Positions 25,185 to 34,173 of a DNA stretch of 34,706 bases are shown here, piece after piece. The stretch covers positions 1-34,706 of the forward strand of contig JAWCKV010000004.1 in assembly GCA_038851565.1 (NCBI GenBank), written 5' to 3'. How positions within the stretch are numbered: position 1 is the stretch's first letter; every line of letters starts with the position of its first letter. The DNA comes from Candidatus Hadarchaeales archaeon. Its GTDB lineage: Archaea; Hadarchaeota; Hadarchaeia; Hadarchaeales; Hadarchaeaceae. Under the pieces are notes generated by a model. The model worked only from the letters and a program-made list of their open reading frames with translations. It did not search any database and was not told the origin of the DNA. A program made the translations under genes and the position numbers.

Positions 25185-26489
25185 ATGAAACCGCGCGAGG
25201 CAGTGAACAGAATGTTTTCGCTTCTGAGGGAGCATCATGAGTGGTTCAAGAGGTCAATCCCCCTCATAGCGAGCGAGAACGTAACAAGCCTGGCGGTCAG
25301 GGAGGCCATGATATGCGATTTCCAGCACAGGTATGCGGAGGGCTGGCCGTATGAAAGGGTGTACGCGGGCTGCAGGTACATAGATCAGGTGGAGATCCTC
25401 GTCATGGAGCTTGCGAGGGAACTTTTTGGCGCAGAGCATGCCAACGTTCAGCCCATTTCCGGGGTGGTGGCAAACCTGGGGATGTACACTGCGCTCACAA
25501 AGCCGGGGGATTTGATGATGTGTCTCTCCATACCATGCGGTGGCCACATCAGCATGGGGAGGGAGCAGATGGGGGGGACAGCCGGGGCAGTCCACGGCCT
25601 CAAGATAGAGTACTGGCCCTTCGACGAAAAGCGCATGAACATAGACGTTGACGCCGCTGCAAGAAAGCTCAGGGAGGTGAGGCCAAAGCTCGCGCTCTTC
25701 GGCGGCAGCGTCTTCCTGTTTCCGCATCCGGTGAGGGAACTTTCAGAGGTCGCGAGGGAAGTTGGGGCATATGTGGGCTACGATGCCGCTCATGTTTCTG
25801 GGCTTATAGCGGGAGATCAGTTCCAGCATCCCCTGAAGGAGGGCGCGGACATAATGACGTGCAGCACCCACAAGACCCTTCCCGGGCCGCAGCGTGGGAT
25901 GATATTATGCAAAAAGGAGCTGGCTGAGGCCGTCAATCGGGCGGTATTCCCAGGCGTTGTCAGCAACCATCACTTGCACTCCATGGCGGCCTTGGCTGTT
26001 GCGCTGGCCGAGATGTTGGAGTTCGGGAGGGACTACGCGGCCCAGATAGTGAAAAATGCGAGGGCATTGGGCAAGGCGATGTATGAGAGGGGTCTGGACG
26101 TGCTCTGTCCAGATCTTGGCTTCACGAACTCCCACACGTTGGTCGTGAGCGTGTTGAAGTATGGAGATGGTGGAGAGATCGAGAAGAGGCTGGAGAACGC
26201 CAACATCATACTCAACCGTAACCTCCTGCCATGGGACATCCGCGAGGGCAGAAATTTCAGAAAGCCCGGAGGAATAAGGCTCGGCACATCTGAGGTCACA
26301 AGGCTTGGAATGAGGGAGAGGGACATGGAGGAGATAGCAGAGTTCATAAAGAGGGTAGTCATCGACGGGGAAGCCCCGGAGAGAATAGCCGAGGAGGTAG
26401 CGGAGTTCAGGAAGGATTATCAGAATATCCACTATTGTTTTGACTCCGCAGCTGAGGCATACGAGTACATCGAGCTAAAAAAATTTTAA
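25185..26489 (+). CDS. glyA: Serine hydroxymethyltransferase, archaeal type
   Basis: LIASEN, RYAEG, NVQPISG..AN, YDAAH, PLP motif STHKTLPGPQRG, GIRLGT. Confidence 0.95.
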   Translation: MKPREAVNRMFSLLREHHEWFKRSIPLIASENVTSLAVREAMICDFQHRYAEGWPYERVYAGCRYIDQVEILVMELARELFGAEHANVQPISGVVANLGMYTALTKPGDLMMCLSIPCGGHISMGREQMGGTAGAVHGLKIEYWPFDEKRMNIDVDAAARKLREVRPKLALFGGSVFLFPHPVRELSEVAREVGAYVGYDAAHVSGLIAGDQFQHPLKEGADIMTCSTHKTLPGPQRGMILCKKELAEAVNRAVFPGVVSNHHLHSMAALAVALAEMLEFGRDYAAQIVKNARALGKAMYERGLDVLCPDLGFTNSHTLVVSVLKYGDGGEIEKRLENANIILNRNLLPWDIREGRNFRKPGGIRLGTSEVTRLGMRERDMEEIAEFIKRVVIDGEAPERIAEEVAEFRKDYQNIHYCFDSAAEAYEYIELKKF

Positions 26490-26529
26490 ATTTTTAGTTT
26501 GATGTGGGATGCGAAGCTTTCCAGAGACC

Positions 26530-26567
26530 ATTTCCACTGATTTCCACTATTTCCACTGGAATAGGGG
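26530..26567 (+). repeat. Three tandem ATTTCCACT units ending in an ORB-like TTCCACTGGAATAGGGG
   Basis: ATTTCCACT at 26530, 26540 and 26549; the last copy completes the TTCCACTGGAA dyad followed by GGGG; followed by an AT-rich tract. Confidence 0.65.
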
Positions 26568-26925
26568 ACTATACTTTTCTTTTTTATTGAATAGAAACTT
26601 TTTCGTTTGATAAATAAACAAACAATAAAACGAAATTATATCGGAAGAGGGTGATTTTCCATTGACCTCTCTCTAAAATCCGGAAAAAAACTCCCCTTCA
26701 CTTATTAATGGAATAAAAAAAGGAGGTCTTGGGGATGAAAAGGATATGTGTGGGGAGAAGGTTCATCGAATGTCGAAAAAATTTACAAAAATTATTTCAT
26801 ATTGGAAGGCCTATAGTTGAAAATATTTCTTTAAACTCAGGCATAGTGGTGAAAAATTTTTACAAAAGTATTTTTAAGTACACAGAAGTTCGTCTTCCAC
26901 TGGTTTGGAGGCTGGAGGCTGCGTT

Positions 26926-29900
26926 ATGGGAGTCAAGGAGAGGTTAGAGGAGTTTATCCACAGGAAAGAAGTGATAAAGGAGATCAGGAGGAGAACCTCG
27001 GCAGGTCACAAATCGGTCATAGTTGAGTTTTCCGACCTGCTGGAGTTCGATAAGGACCTAGCAAAAGCCCTGCTGGACTCCCCGCACGAGCTCCTGGAAT
27101 GGGCTGACAAAAAGCTCGAGGAGCACACGGGCATCCCCAACATGCACCTGCGCGTCAAGGGGCTGCCTGAAACGGTCGAGATAAGGAACATAAGGGCCGA
27201 GCACGTTGGAAAGTTCATACAGATAGATGGGATCCTCACAAAGGCCGGAGAAGTGAAGCCCGAGGCGAGGGAGGCGGTGTTCAAGTGCAGGTTCTGCGGC
27301 GAGGAGAACAGGGTGCTTCAGGGTGGAGAGCTCTTCAGGGAGCCACTCTCGTGTGAGAATCCGAACTGTCGCAGGAAGGGGGCGTTTGAACTTGTTGTGG
27401 AGAGCACGGTGTTCAGGGACTGGCAGAGCATATCGGTTCAGGAGCCTCCCGAGAAGCTGAGGGGGGGAAGGATACCGCAGAGGCTGGATGGGATAGTGAG
27501 GGACGATTTCGTTGACATCGCGGTCCCGGGAAATCATGTCGTGATCACCGGCGTGCTGAGGGTGTTCCAGGAGAGGCAGAAGAGGGAGCGCAGGACTACC
27601 TTCAGAAAGATACTGTTTGTGAATCATATCGAGGTTAAGCAGAAGGGAGTGGAGGAAACCGAGCTCACCCCGGAGGACGAAAAGAGGATCAAGGAGCTGG
27701 CAAAGGACCCATGGCTAAGGAACAAGATCATCCAGTCGATTGCGCCAGCGATTCACGGCCACGATCTGGTGAAGGAGGCCGTGGCCCTCCAGCTCTTTGG
27801 ATGCAACCCAGTGGAGCTTCCGGATGGGACGAGGATAAGAGGGGATATCCACGTGCTGCTATGTGGGGATCCGGGATGTCTGGTGGCTGATGAACGCATC
27901 GTGCTGGGTAACGGAGCTATTGTGAAGATCGGGAGTTTGGGAACAAAACACCTCGAGCGGTTGAACTTACAGGTCCTGACGGGGCAGGGACACACAAGGG
28001 ATTTGGCGACTAGGTTTCACATCTATCGAGACCAGCCAATAATAGAAATAATTACAGAGACGGGAAAATCCATCAAAGGAACACATAATCATCCCCTGCT
28101 GGTGCTGGAGAGGAGATCATCTAAAGGTTTTCCGAGCCCACCGCTCAGGGTCTGGAAGAGACTGGACGAAATAAAGCCCGGAGATAAGGTTGTGGCGGTT
28201 CCTTGGATCCCATGTACCATCACAGCCCCCTTAAAAACGGGATGGCGGATCTTGCCACGAAAATATGGGCCGCGGCCCAGGTGTAAACTTCCGGAGTATC
28301 TTGACGATGAAGTGGCGGCGCTTTTGGGATACATGCTTGGAGATGGTTGGGTTAGACGCGATAGAATAGGTTTTGATATTAACTCCGAGGAGAGAGACCT
28401 TTTGCCGATTCTCACCTCAATTATAGAGAAAAAATTCGGGTTATCTCCCAAAATCAGAGGGAGACTGTGGGCAGAAAGTTACTTTGGACAAAGAAAGGTC
28501 AGGAGACGGCAGCCTCTCCTGGAGGTCACAGTTCACAGCGTTGACCTCGCTGCCAACCTGAGCTTTCTCAGGGAAAAGCGTGTCCCCGACCTGATAATGA
28601 TGTCTGGCAATAGGGTGGTGTCCTCATTCCTGGCCTGGCTTTTTGAGTCCGACGGTTGTGTGTTTTCGAGGGGCAGGGGAAGAAGAGGAATTCAGCTCAA
28701 GGGAAAAGAGATAGAGATGTTGCGTGACGTTCAGATGCTGCTTTTGAGGTTTGGCATTCATTCCAGGATAGTTGGAGACAATCTCGTAATACGAAGGGCA
28801 AAATCCATCATCAAGTTCTCCCAGAGCATTGGCTTCAGATCCAACAAAAAGAGAAGAAAACTAGAGGAGCTAGTTTCATGTTGTAAAAATTTAAAGCACT
28901 GCAGAGGACAGAGTCGCAGCGAGCGTGTCGTTATAGTTCGTCCAGCTGGTTTTGCAGACGTTTACGACATAGAGGTTCCCAGATCCCACCGGTTCATAGC
29001 CAACGGTATCGTCTCTCACAACACGGCAAAGAGCCAGATCCTCAAGTGGGCGTCAAACGTGGCCCCAAGAGGGCTTTACACCTCGGGAATGAAATCAACT
29101 GCAGCCGGCATAACTGCAGCGGCGGTTCGTGATGAGATAGGCGGGGGGTGGGCGCTTGAGGCAGGAGCTCTTGTGATTGCAGATGGCGGTCTTGCGGCCG
29201 TGGATGAGTTTGAAAAGATGCCCGAGCAGGAATCGTCTGCTGTGCTTGAGTCAATGGAGCAGCAGACGATTAGCATAGCCAAGGCCGGGATAGTGGCCAC
29301 GCTGAACACCCGCACAGCGGTGCTCGCCGCAACCAACCCTAAGCTCGGCAGGTTCGATAGGAACCGTCCACCATCGGAGCAGCTTGGAATAGAGCCAGTT
29401 TTGCTCTCAAGGTTCGACCTAATACTGCTGATGAGGGACGAGCCGCGCCCCGATCTGGATCGTTCTATAGCCCAGCACGTCCTGCAGATGCACTCCGCCC
29501 CGAAAAAGGCGTCAAAGGCCCCGTTCGATCCGGAGTTCCTCAGGAAGATCGTGATATACGCCAGAAAGTACCTGGATCCAAAAATAGAGGACAAGGAGGT
29601 CATGAAGAGCATCGAGGACTTCTTCGTTGAGTGGAGAAAGATAGTGGCGCAGGGTGCACCTCTCCCCATCACTGTCAGACAGCTCGAGTCGATAATAAGG
29701 CTGGCAAAGGCAAACGCGAGGATGAGGTTGAGCGACAGGGTAACGGTTGAGGACGCGAACCGCGCGATCTCCCTCATCAAGACCAGCCTCAGCGAAGCCG
29801 GAATAGACACCGAGGCAAACGTGGTGGACATAGACCTGATAATGACAGGCATACCCAAGTCCCAGAGGGAGAAACGCCAGAAGATAATGGACATAATAGA

Positions 29901-30069
29901 GAGGCTCGAGGAGCAGTACGGCGGCGCAGCCCCTATCGAGAAGGTGAAGGAACTGGCGGTGGCGGAGGGAATTTCGGAGAAAACTGTGGAGTGGACGATT
30001 GAGGAGGAAAAGAAGCGGGGGTACCTGTTTTCGCCCACTCCTGAGACCGTGAGCAGGGCGGTGAAGTGA
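26926..30069 (+). CDS. mcm: MCM replicative helicase with one intein
   Basis: Zn finger CRFC...CENPNC, QSIAPAIHG, Walker A GDPG/TAKSQ split by the intein, Walker B VDEFEKM, Arg finger SRFD, ITVRQLES. Start taken at MGVKERL with RBS GGAGG. Confidence 0.96.
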   Translation: MGVKERLEEFIHRKEVIKEIRRRTSAGHKSVIVEFSDLLEFDKDLAKALLDSPHELLEWADKKLEEHTGIPNMHLRVKGLPETVEIRNIRAEHVGKFIQIDGILTKAGEVKPEAREAVFKCRFCGEENRVLQGGELFREPLSCENPNCRRKGAFELVVESTVFRDWQSISVQEPPEKLRGGRIPQRLDGIVRDDFVDIAVPGNHVVITGVLRVFQERQKRERRTTFRKILFVNHIEVKQKGVEETELTPEDEKRIKELAKDPWLRNKIIQSIAPAIHGHDLVKEAVALQLFGCNPVELPDGTRIRGDIHVLLCGDPGCLVADERIVLGNGAIVKIGSLGTKHLERLNLQVLTGQGHTRDLATRFHIYRDQPIIEIITETGKSIKGTHNHPLLVLERRSSKGFPSPPLRVWKRLDEIKPGDKVVAVPWIPCTITAPLKTGWRILPRKYGPRPRCKLPEYLDDEVAALLGYMLGDGWVRRDRIGFDINSEERDLLPILTSIIEKKFGLSPKIRGRLWAESYFGQRKVRRRQPLLEVTVHSVDLAANLSFLREKRVPDLIMMSGNRVVSSFLAWLFESDGCVFSRGRGRRGIQLKGKEIEMLRDVQMLLLRFGIHSRIVGDNLVIRRAKSIIKFSQSIGFRSNKKRRKLEELVSCCKNLKHCRGQSRSERVVIVRPAGFADVYDIEVPRSHRFIANGIVSHNTAKSQILKWASNVAPRGLYTSGMKSTAAGITAAAVRDEIGGGWALEAGALVIADGGLAAVDEFEKMPEQESSAVLESMEQQTISIAKAGIVATLNTRTAVLAATNPKLGRFDRNRPPSEQLGIEPVLLSRFDLILLMRDEPRPDLDRSIAQHVLQMHSAPKKASKAPFDPEFLRKIVIYARKYLDPKIEDKEVMKSIEDFFVEWRKIVAQGAPLPITVRQLESIIRLAKANARMRLSDRVTVEDANRAISLIKTSLSEAGIDTEANVVDIDLIMTGIPKSQREKRQKIMDIIERLEEQYGGAAPIEKVKELAVAEGISEKTVEWTIEEEKKRGYLFSPTPETVSRAVK
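27877..29022 (+). mobile_element. Intein (382 aa) with LAGLIDADG homing endonuclease domain, inserted in the MCM P-loop
   Basis: Starts CLVADE; block B T.NHP (GTHNHPLL); endonuclease motifs LLGYMLGDG and FLAWLFESDG; block F VYDIEV; ends SHN followed by Thr(+1). Confidence 0.93.
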
Positions 30070-30070
30070 C

Positions 30071-30613
30071 ATGAGGAGAGATGTCAAGTTCACAAGGGAT
30101 CTGGAGGAGATCAAGCTGGTGGATCGCTCCATCGGTCCTTTCTCCAGGGGCGATGAAGCCGAGGTGTGGGAGTGGGATGCCGAGGTGTTTGAGAGGCACG
30201 GCATTGCCGTGCCTGCCAGGCAGGTATCCGTTCAGGATATCAGGAAGATGATCCTCCTTCAGGAAAGGAACTCCGGGCCGATAGCTCTTCCGGATGGGTT
30301 CTACAGGGAAGTCAGGTCCAGAGTAGAAAACCTGAGGAGGGCAGGCGATGAAAAGGCCGCCGAGGAGCTGAGGTCCGCCCTCATGACCCTTGTCGAGATA
30401 AGGCTCCCCAAGATCGTCCTGCTTTCGCTTTCCCCGGAGGCGGCAGCGGAGCTTCCAGCGGAGGAGGCATTCCTGCTGAACAGGTTAGCTGGAGAGGTGG
30501 AGGAGTGGAGCAGGAGCGTTGTGGATGGAAAATTCGGAGAGGAGGTGGGTGAGAATGGAACAGGGAGGGCTGTTCCACGCAATACTGGAGACGAAGCCGA
30601 TATTCAGGAATAG
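30071..30613 (+). CDS. GINS subunit, Gins23-type (B-A domain order)
   Basis: N-terminal beta domain IGPFSRGDEAEVWEWDAEVF..G; helical domain LPDGFY...RLPKI...EEAFL; directly after mcm. Confidence 0.8.
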   Translation: MRRDVKFTRDLEEIKLVDRSIGPFSRGDEAEVWEWDAEVFERHGIAVPARQVSVQDIRKMILLQERNSGPIALPDGFYREVRSRVENLRRAGDEKAAEELRSALMTLVEIRLPKIVLLSLSPEAAAELPAEEAFLLNRLAGEVEEWSRSVVDGKFGEEVGENGTGRAVPRNTGDEADIQE

Positions 30614-31835
30614 GGAGTACCTCAGGCCGAGCTACACGCCTGAGGAGCTTCCGCACAGGGAGGAGCAGATCAACCAGCTTGCCAGGATACTTGCTGCCCC
30701 GCTTCGAGGGGAAACTCCGTCCAACGTCTTCATATACGGAAAGCCCGGCACAGGAAAAACGGCGAGCGTCAGGTATGTGGGAAGAGAGCTTGAGGGGATC
30801 AGCCATAAGGCCCCGCTCAAGGCAGGGGTGATCTATTTGAACTGCGAGATAGTCAACACTCCGTATCGAGTGCTGGCAAATCTTTCAGACTACTTCCTGA
30901 GCAGGCTTGAAAAAACTAGGGGAGAGGAGTTCCTGAAGTCGGCAAGCCTCCCGAGTAGGGTCCCGATGACCGGCTGGCCAACGGATGAGGTATACAAGAG
31001 CTTCTACAAGGCGCTAGACGAGGAGAGACAGCTCGCAGTGATAGTGCTTGACGAGGTCGACAAGCTTGTGAAGAGGTGTGGCGACGACCTCCTGTACCTC
31101 CTGACGAGGATGAATGCTGATCTCTCCCAGGCCAAGGTCGCCGTGGTGGGGATCTCAAATGATACGAACTTCATGGAATACCTGGATCCCAGGGTGAGGA
31201 GCAGTCTCAGCGAGGAAGAAATAATATTCCCGGCGTATAATGCGCTCCAGCTCAGGGACATACTGGAGAAGAGGGCAAGGATGAGCTTTGTGGACGGGGT
31301 CATAGGAGAAGGGGTGGTCCAGCTTTGCGCTGCGCATGCTGCAAGGGAGCACGGGGACGCGAGGCGGGCACTAGATCTCCTGAGAGCTGCGGGGGAGATA
31401 GCGGAGGTTGAGGGAGCGGAAAAGGTTACAATTGAGCACGTGAGAAAGGCGCATGCCAAGATAGAGCAGGATCAGATGGTGGAGGTCATAAGGACGCTCC
31501 CGGCTCAGTCAAAGCTTGTGCTCTACAGCATAGTTTGCCTCATGGAGAGGACACCGCGCAGGATAGTGAGCGGTGATGTCTACAACGTTTACAGGGAAAT
31601 GTGCGAGGGGAGCGGGTTCGAGGCTCTCACGCACAGAAGGGTCAGCGACCTGATATCAGAGCTGGACATGCTGGGGATAATTGAGGCCAGGATAATAAAC
31701 AGGGGTAGACATGGAAGGACAAAGGAGATAAAGCTCAACATTCACCCAACTCAGGCAAGGGCAGCCATGCAGGAGGATTCTCTGATCTCAGAAATGGATG
31801 CGGTTATCATCGCGAGAAAGGCGTACGGTTCCTAG
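30555..31835 (+). CDS. cdc6: Orc1/Cdc6 replication initiator (conserved origin-binding type)
   Basis: YTPEELPHREEQI, GKPGTGKT, LDEVD, LDPRVRSSL, GDARRALDLL, winged helix RRVSDLISELDMLGII...RGRHGRT. Confidence 0.95.
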   Translation: MEQGGLFHAILETKPIFRNREYLRPSYTPEELPHREEQINQLARILAAPLRGETPSNVFIYGKPGTGKTASVRYVGRELEGISHKAPLKAGVIYLNCEIVNTPYRVLANLSDYFLSRLEKTRGEEFLKSASLPSRVPMTGWPTDEVYKSFYKALDEERQLAVIVLDEVDKLVKRCGDDLLYLLTRMNADLSQAKVAVVGISNDTNFMEYLDPRVRSSLSEEEIIFPAYNALQLRDILEKRARMSFVDGVIGEGVVQLCAAHAAREHGDARRALDLLRAAGEIAEVEGAEKVTIEHVRKAHAKIEQDQMVEVIRTLPAQSKLVLYSIVCLMERTPRRIVSGDVYNVYREMCEGSGFEALTHRRVSDLISELDMLGIIEARIINRGRHGRTKEIKLNIHPTQARAAMQEDSLISEMDAVIIARKAYGS

Positions 31836-31845
31836 TGTGAGTTCC

Positions 31846-33369
31846 ATGGACGAAGGAATGCTGATACACAGGTTCATGGACCTGGGGGTGCAGCTCAGCG
31901 AGGGAGCCTTGAGGCTTATAATGAATCAGGCCAATCCAGAGGCCGCTGCGGAGTTCGTCATATCGAAGATATCCACGATGGAGAAGAAGCCACTGGTGGT
32001 AACAGCCGAGGCAATAGCATCGATGCTCGAGGGCGGCATAGAGCCAAGCGCGCTTGAGGAGGAGCAGATTTCCGTGAAGGAGGTCATTGGCGGCCGTTCC
32101 AAGTTAAGGCCTGCCGCCGCCGAATACGAGCCCAGAGTGAAAATAGCGAGGGACATAACCGGAAGGAGCTACACGGAGGGAGACATAAAGGACTTCTTCT
32201 CTCTCTTCTCCGACAGGTACGAGAGGATGAGCAGAATGCTGAGGGTGAGGGTGGAGCTCCAGGATGCAGTGCCGATCGAGAGCCTTGCAAGAATCGGAGA
32301 GAGAGAAACTGTGAAGGTGATAGGCATGGTCGCAGAGAAAAGGGAAACTTCTGCCGGCAACATTATGATGGAGATCGAGGATCCAACTGGAAGGGCCTCG
32401 GCCCTTGTGTTCAAGGGAAAGAAGGAGCTCCTTGCGAAGGCGATGGAGGTTGTGGTGGATGAGGTGATAGGGATCGTTGGATCCGTCAGACCTGGCGACA
32501 GGATCCCGAGGATTTTCGTCAACGACATAATATGGGCCGATCTGCCTTTTAAACGTGAGCCGGGAAGATCTGAAGATCCGGTTTGCGCCGCCCTCATATC
32601 GGACCTCCATGTGGGAAGCGAGATGTTTCTCGAGGACGTGTTCATGAGGTTCCTGAAGTGGTTGAAGGAAGGAGAAAACGGAAGCGTCGGGGCGGAACTC
32701 GCGGGAAGGGTGAAATACGTGATAATAGCAGGGGACATAGTGGACGGGATAGGGGTCTATCCGGGACAGGAGGATGAGCTGCTGATAGATGACATATTCA
32801 GGCAGTATGAGGTTGCCGCGGAGCTGCTGTCTGAGATACCGGATTACATAACTGTGATAGTCATCCCGGGTAATCACGATGCGGTTCGCCCGTCAGAGCC
32901 GCAGCCGGCGATACCCAAGGACATCGCGGGGGAATTTTACGATCGTGGATTCCTGATGGCCGGGAACCCGGCTTTCGTCAACGTCCACGGGGTTAACTTT
33001 CTTGTTTATCACGGGAGAAGCATGGACGACGTGATAGGGGAAATGCCTGGGCTGGACAGAAGGGACTCCGTAAAACCCATGATGAAACTCCTCCAGAAGA
33101 GGCACCTCGCGCCGATATACGGCGGGAGAACCGCCCTTTCGCCGGAGAAGGTGGACTACATGGTAATAGATGAGGTCCCTGATGTCCTTCACTGCGGGCA
33201 CGTTCATGTCAACGGATACACAAAATACAGGGAAGTTTCGGTTGTGAACTCTGGCACATTTCAGTCAAAGACGCTCTACATGCAGAAGCTCGGAGTGGAG
33301 CCGACGCCTGGCATCGTCCCGATATTTGACCTTAAAACCCATCAGGTCAGCGTGATGCGCTTTGCATAG
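31846..33369 (+). CDS. polB: DNA polymerase D small (proofreading exonuclease) subunit DP1
   Basis: OB fold then phosphoesterase motifs SDLHVGS, GDIVDG, PGNHD, YHGRS, RHLAP.YG, GHVH, NSGTFQ. Confidence 0.94.
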   Translation: MDEGMLIHRFMDLGVQLSEGALRLIMNQANPEAAAEFVISKISTMEKKPLVVTAEAIASMLEGGIEPSALEEEQISVKEVIGGRSKLRPAAAEYEPRVKIARDITGRSYTEGDIKDFFSLFSDRYERMSRMLRVRVELQDAVPIESLARIGERETVKVIGMVAEKRETSAGNIMMEIEDPTGRASALVFKGKKELLAKAMEVVVDEVIGIVGSVRPGDRIPRIFVNDIIWADLPFKREPGRSEDPVCAALISDLHVGSEMFLEDVFMRFLKWLKEGENGSVGAELAGRVKYVIIAGDIVDGIGVYPGQEDELLIDDIFRQYEVAAELLSEIPDYITVIVIPGNHDAVRPSEPQPAIPKDIAGEFYDRGFLMAGNPAFVNVHGVNFLVYHGRSMDDVIGEMPGLDRRDSVKPMMKLLQKRHLAPIYGGRTALSPEKVDYMVIDEVPDVLHCGHVHVNGYTKYREVSVVNSGTFQSKTLYMQKLGVEPTPGIVPIFDLKTHQVSVMRFA

Positions 33370-34159
33370 GGCACTTGAGGGCATCTCGGGGATCATGCTC
33401 GATCTCGATGGAGTTGTGTGGGTGGGCAGAACTCCGGTAAAGGGAGCTCCGGAGGCCGTGAGGAGACTGAGGGAGATGGGAAAGAAAATAGTCTTCATGA
33501 CCAACAACTCGGCGAGGAGCAGGAAAGAATACATTTGGATGTTGAGGAAGATCGGGATAAGGGCGAAGGAGAACGAAATAGTCACGTCGGGGCGCGCAAC
33601 CGCCGTTTATCTGAGCCGTTTGCGCAGGGAGGTCAGGGCGTACGTGATAGGTGAAAGGGGATTGAAGAGAGAGCTCGTGCAGGCTGGCATAAAAGTTCTG
33701 TCCGATGAGGATGCCGGAAATGCGACCCACCTTGTCGTAGGCAAGGACAGCACAATAAATTACAGGAGAATATGGTCTGGATTGAGGGCCCTCATGGGGG
33801 GAGCCGAGTTCGTGGCGACCAACACGGATGCAACGTATCCCACGGAAAATGGCCTTGCGCCCGGAGCCGGAGCGATGATAGGCGCGATGACCGGATGTTC
33901 TGGGAGGACGCCGGATATTGTAATAGGAAAGCCCTATTCCCACATGCTTAAGATCGGGCTCGAGATCATGGGCACAACGGCCCGTGAGACGGCCATAATC
34001 GGGGACAGGGCAGAGACGGATGTGATGGCCGGAAAGCTGGCAGGCATGAGGACTATTTTGGTCCTAAGCGGTGTGACTAAGAAAAATGACCTGAAGAGGG
34101 TAAAAAAGGACATGCGGCCCGATTATGTTTTTGATAGCCTGGCGGAGGTGGTCTCTTGA
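33362..34159 (+). CDS. HAD-superfamily subfamily IIA hydrolase (NagD-like)
   Basis: DLDGV, TNNS, ATNTD, IGKP, IGDRAETD. Confidence 0.92.
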   Translation: MHRALEGISGIMLDLDGVVWVGRTPVKGAPEAVRRLREMGKKIVFMTNNSARSRKEYIWMLRKIGIRAKENEIVTSGRATAVYLSRLRREVRAYVIGERGLKRELVQAGIKVLSDEDAGNATHLVVGKDSTINYRRIWSGLRALMGGAEFVATNTDATYPTENGLAPGAGAMIGAMTGCSGRTPDIVIGKPYSHMLKIGLEIMGTTARETAIIGDRAETDVMAGKLAGMRTILVLSGVTKKNDLKRVKKDMRPDYVFDSLAEVVS

Positions 34160-34173
34160 GCCATGCGAGGGGA

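Noticed and set aside
26530..26567. ATTTCCACT repeats as a CRISPR array
   Set aside because: Units are 9 bp with no spacers, and there are no cas genes in the window
26729..26947. 72-aa ORF upstream of mcm
   Set aside because: TTG start in AT-rich regulatory DNA, overlaps the mcm start out of frame, no recognisable motif
29076..30204. Long antisense ORFs over mcm (320 and 230 aa), and similar ones over thrC, hom, DP1 and the ABC genes
   Set aside because: Shadow frames of well-supported genes with biased Ser/Pro/Leu composition
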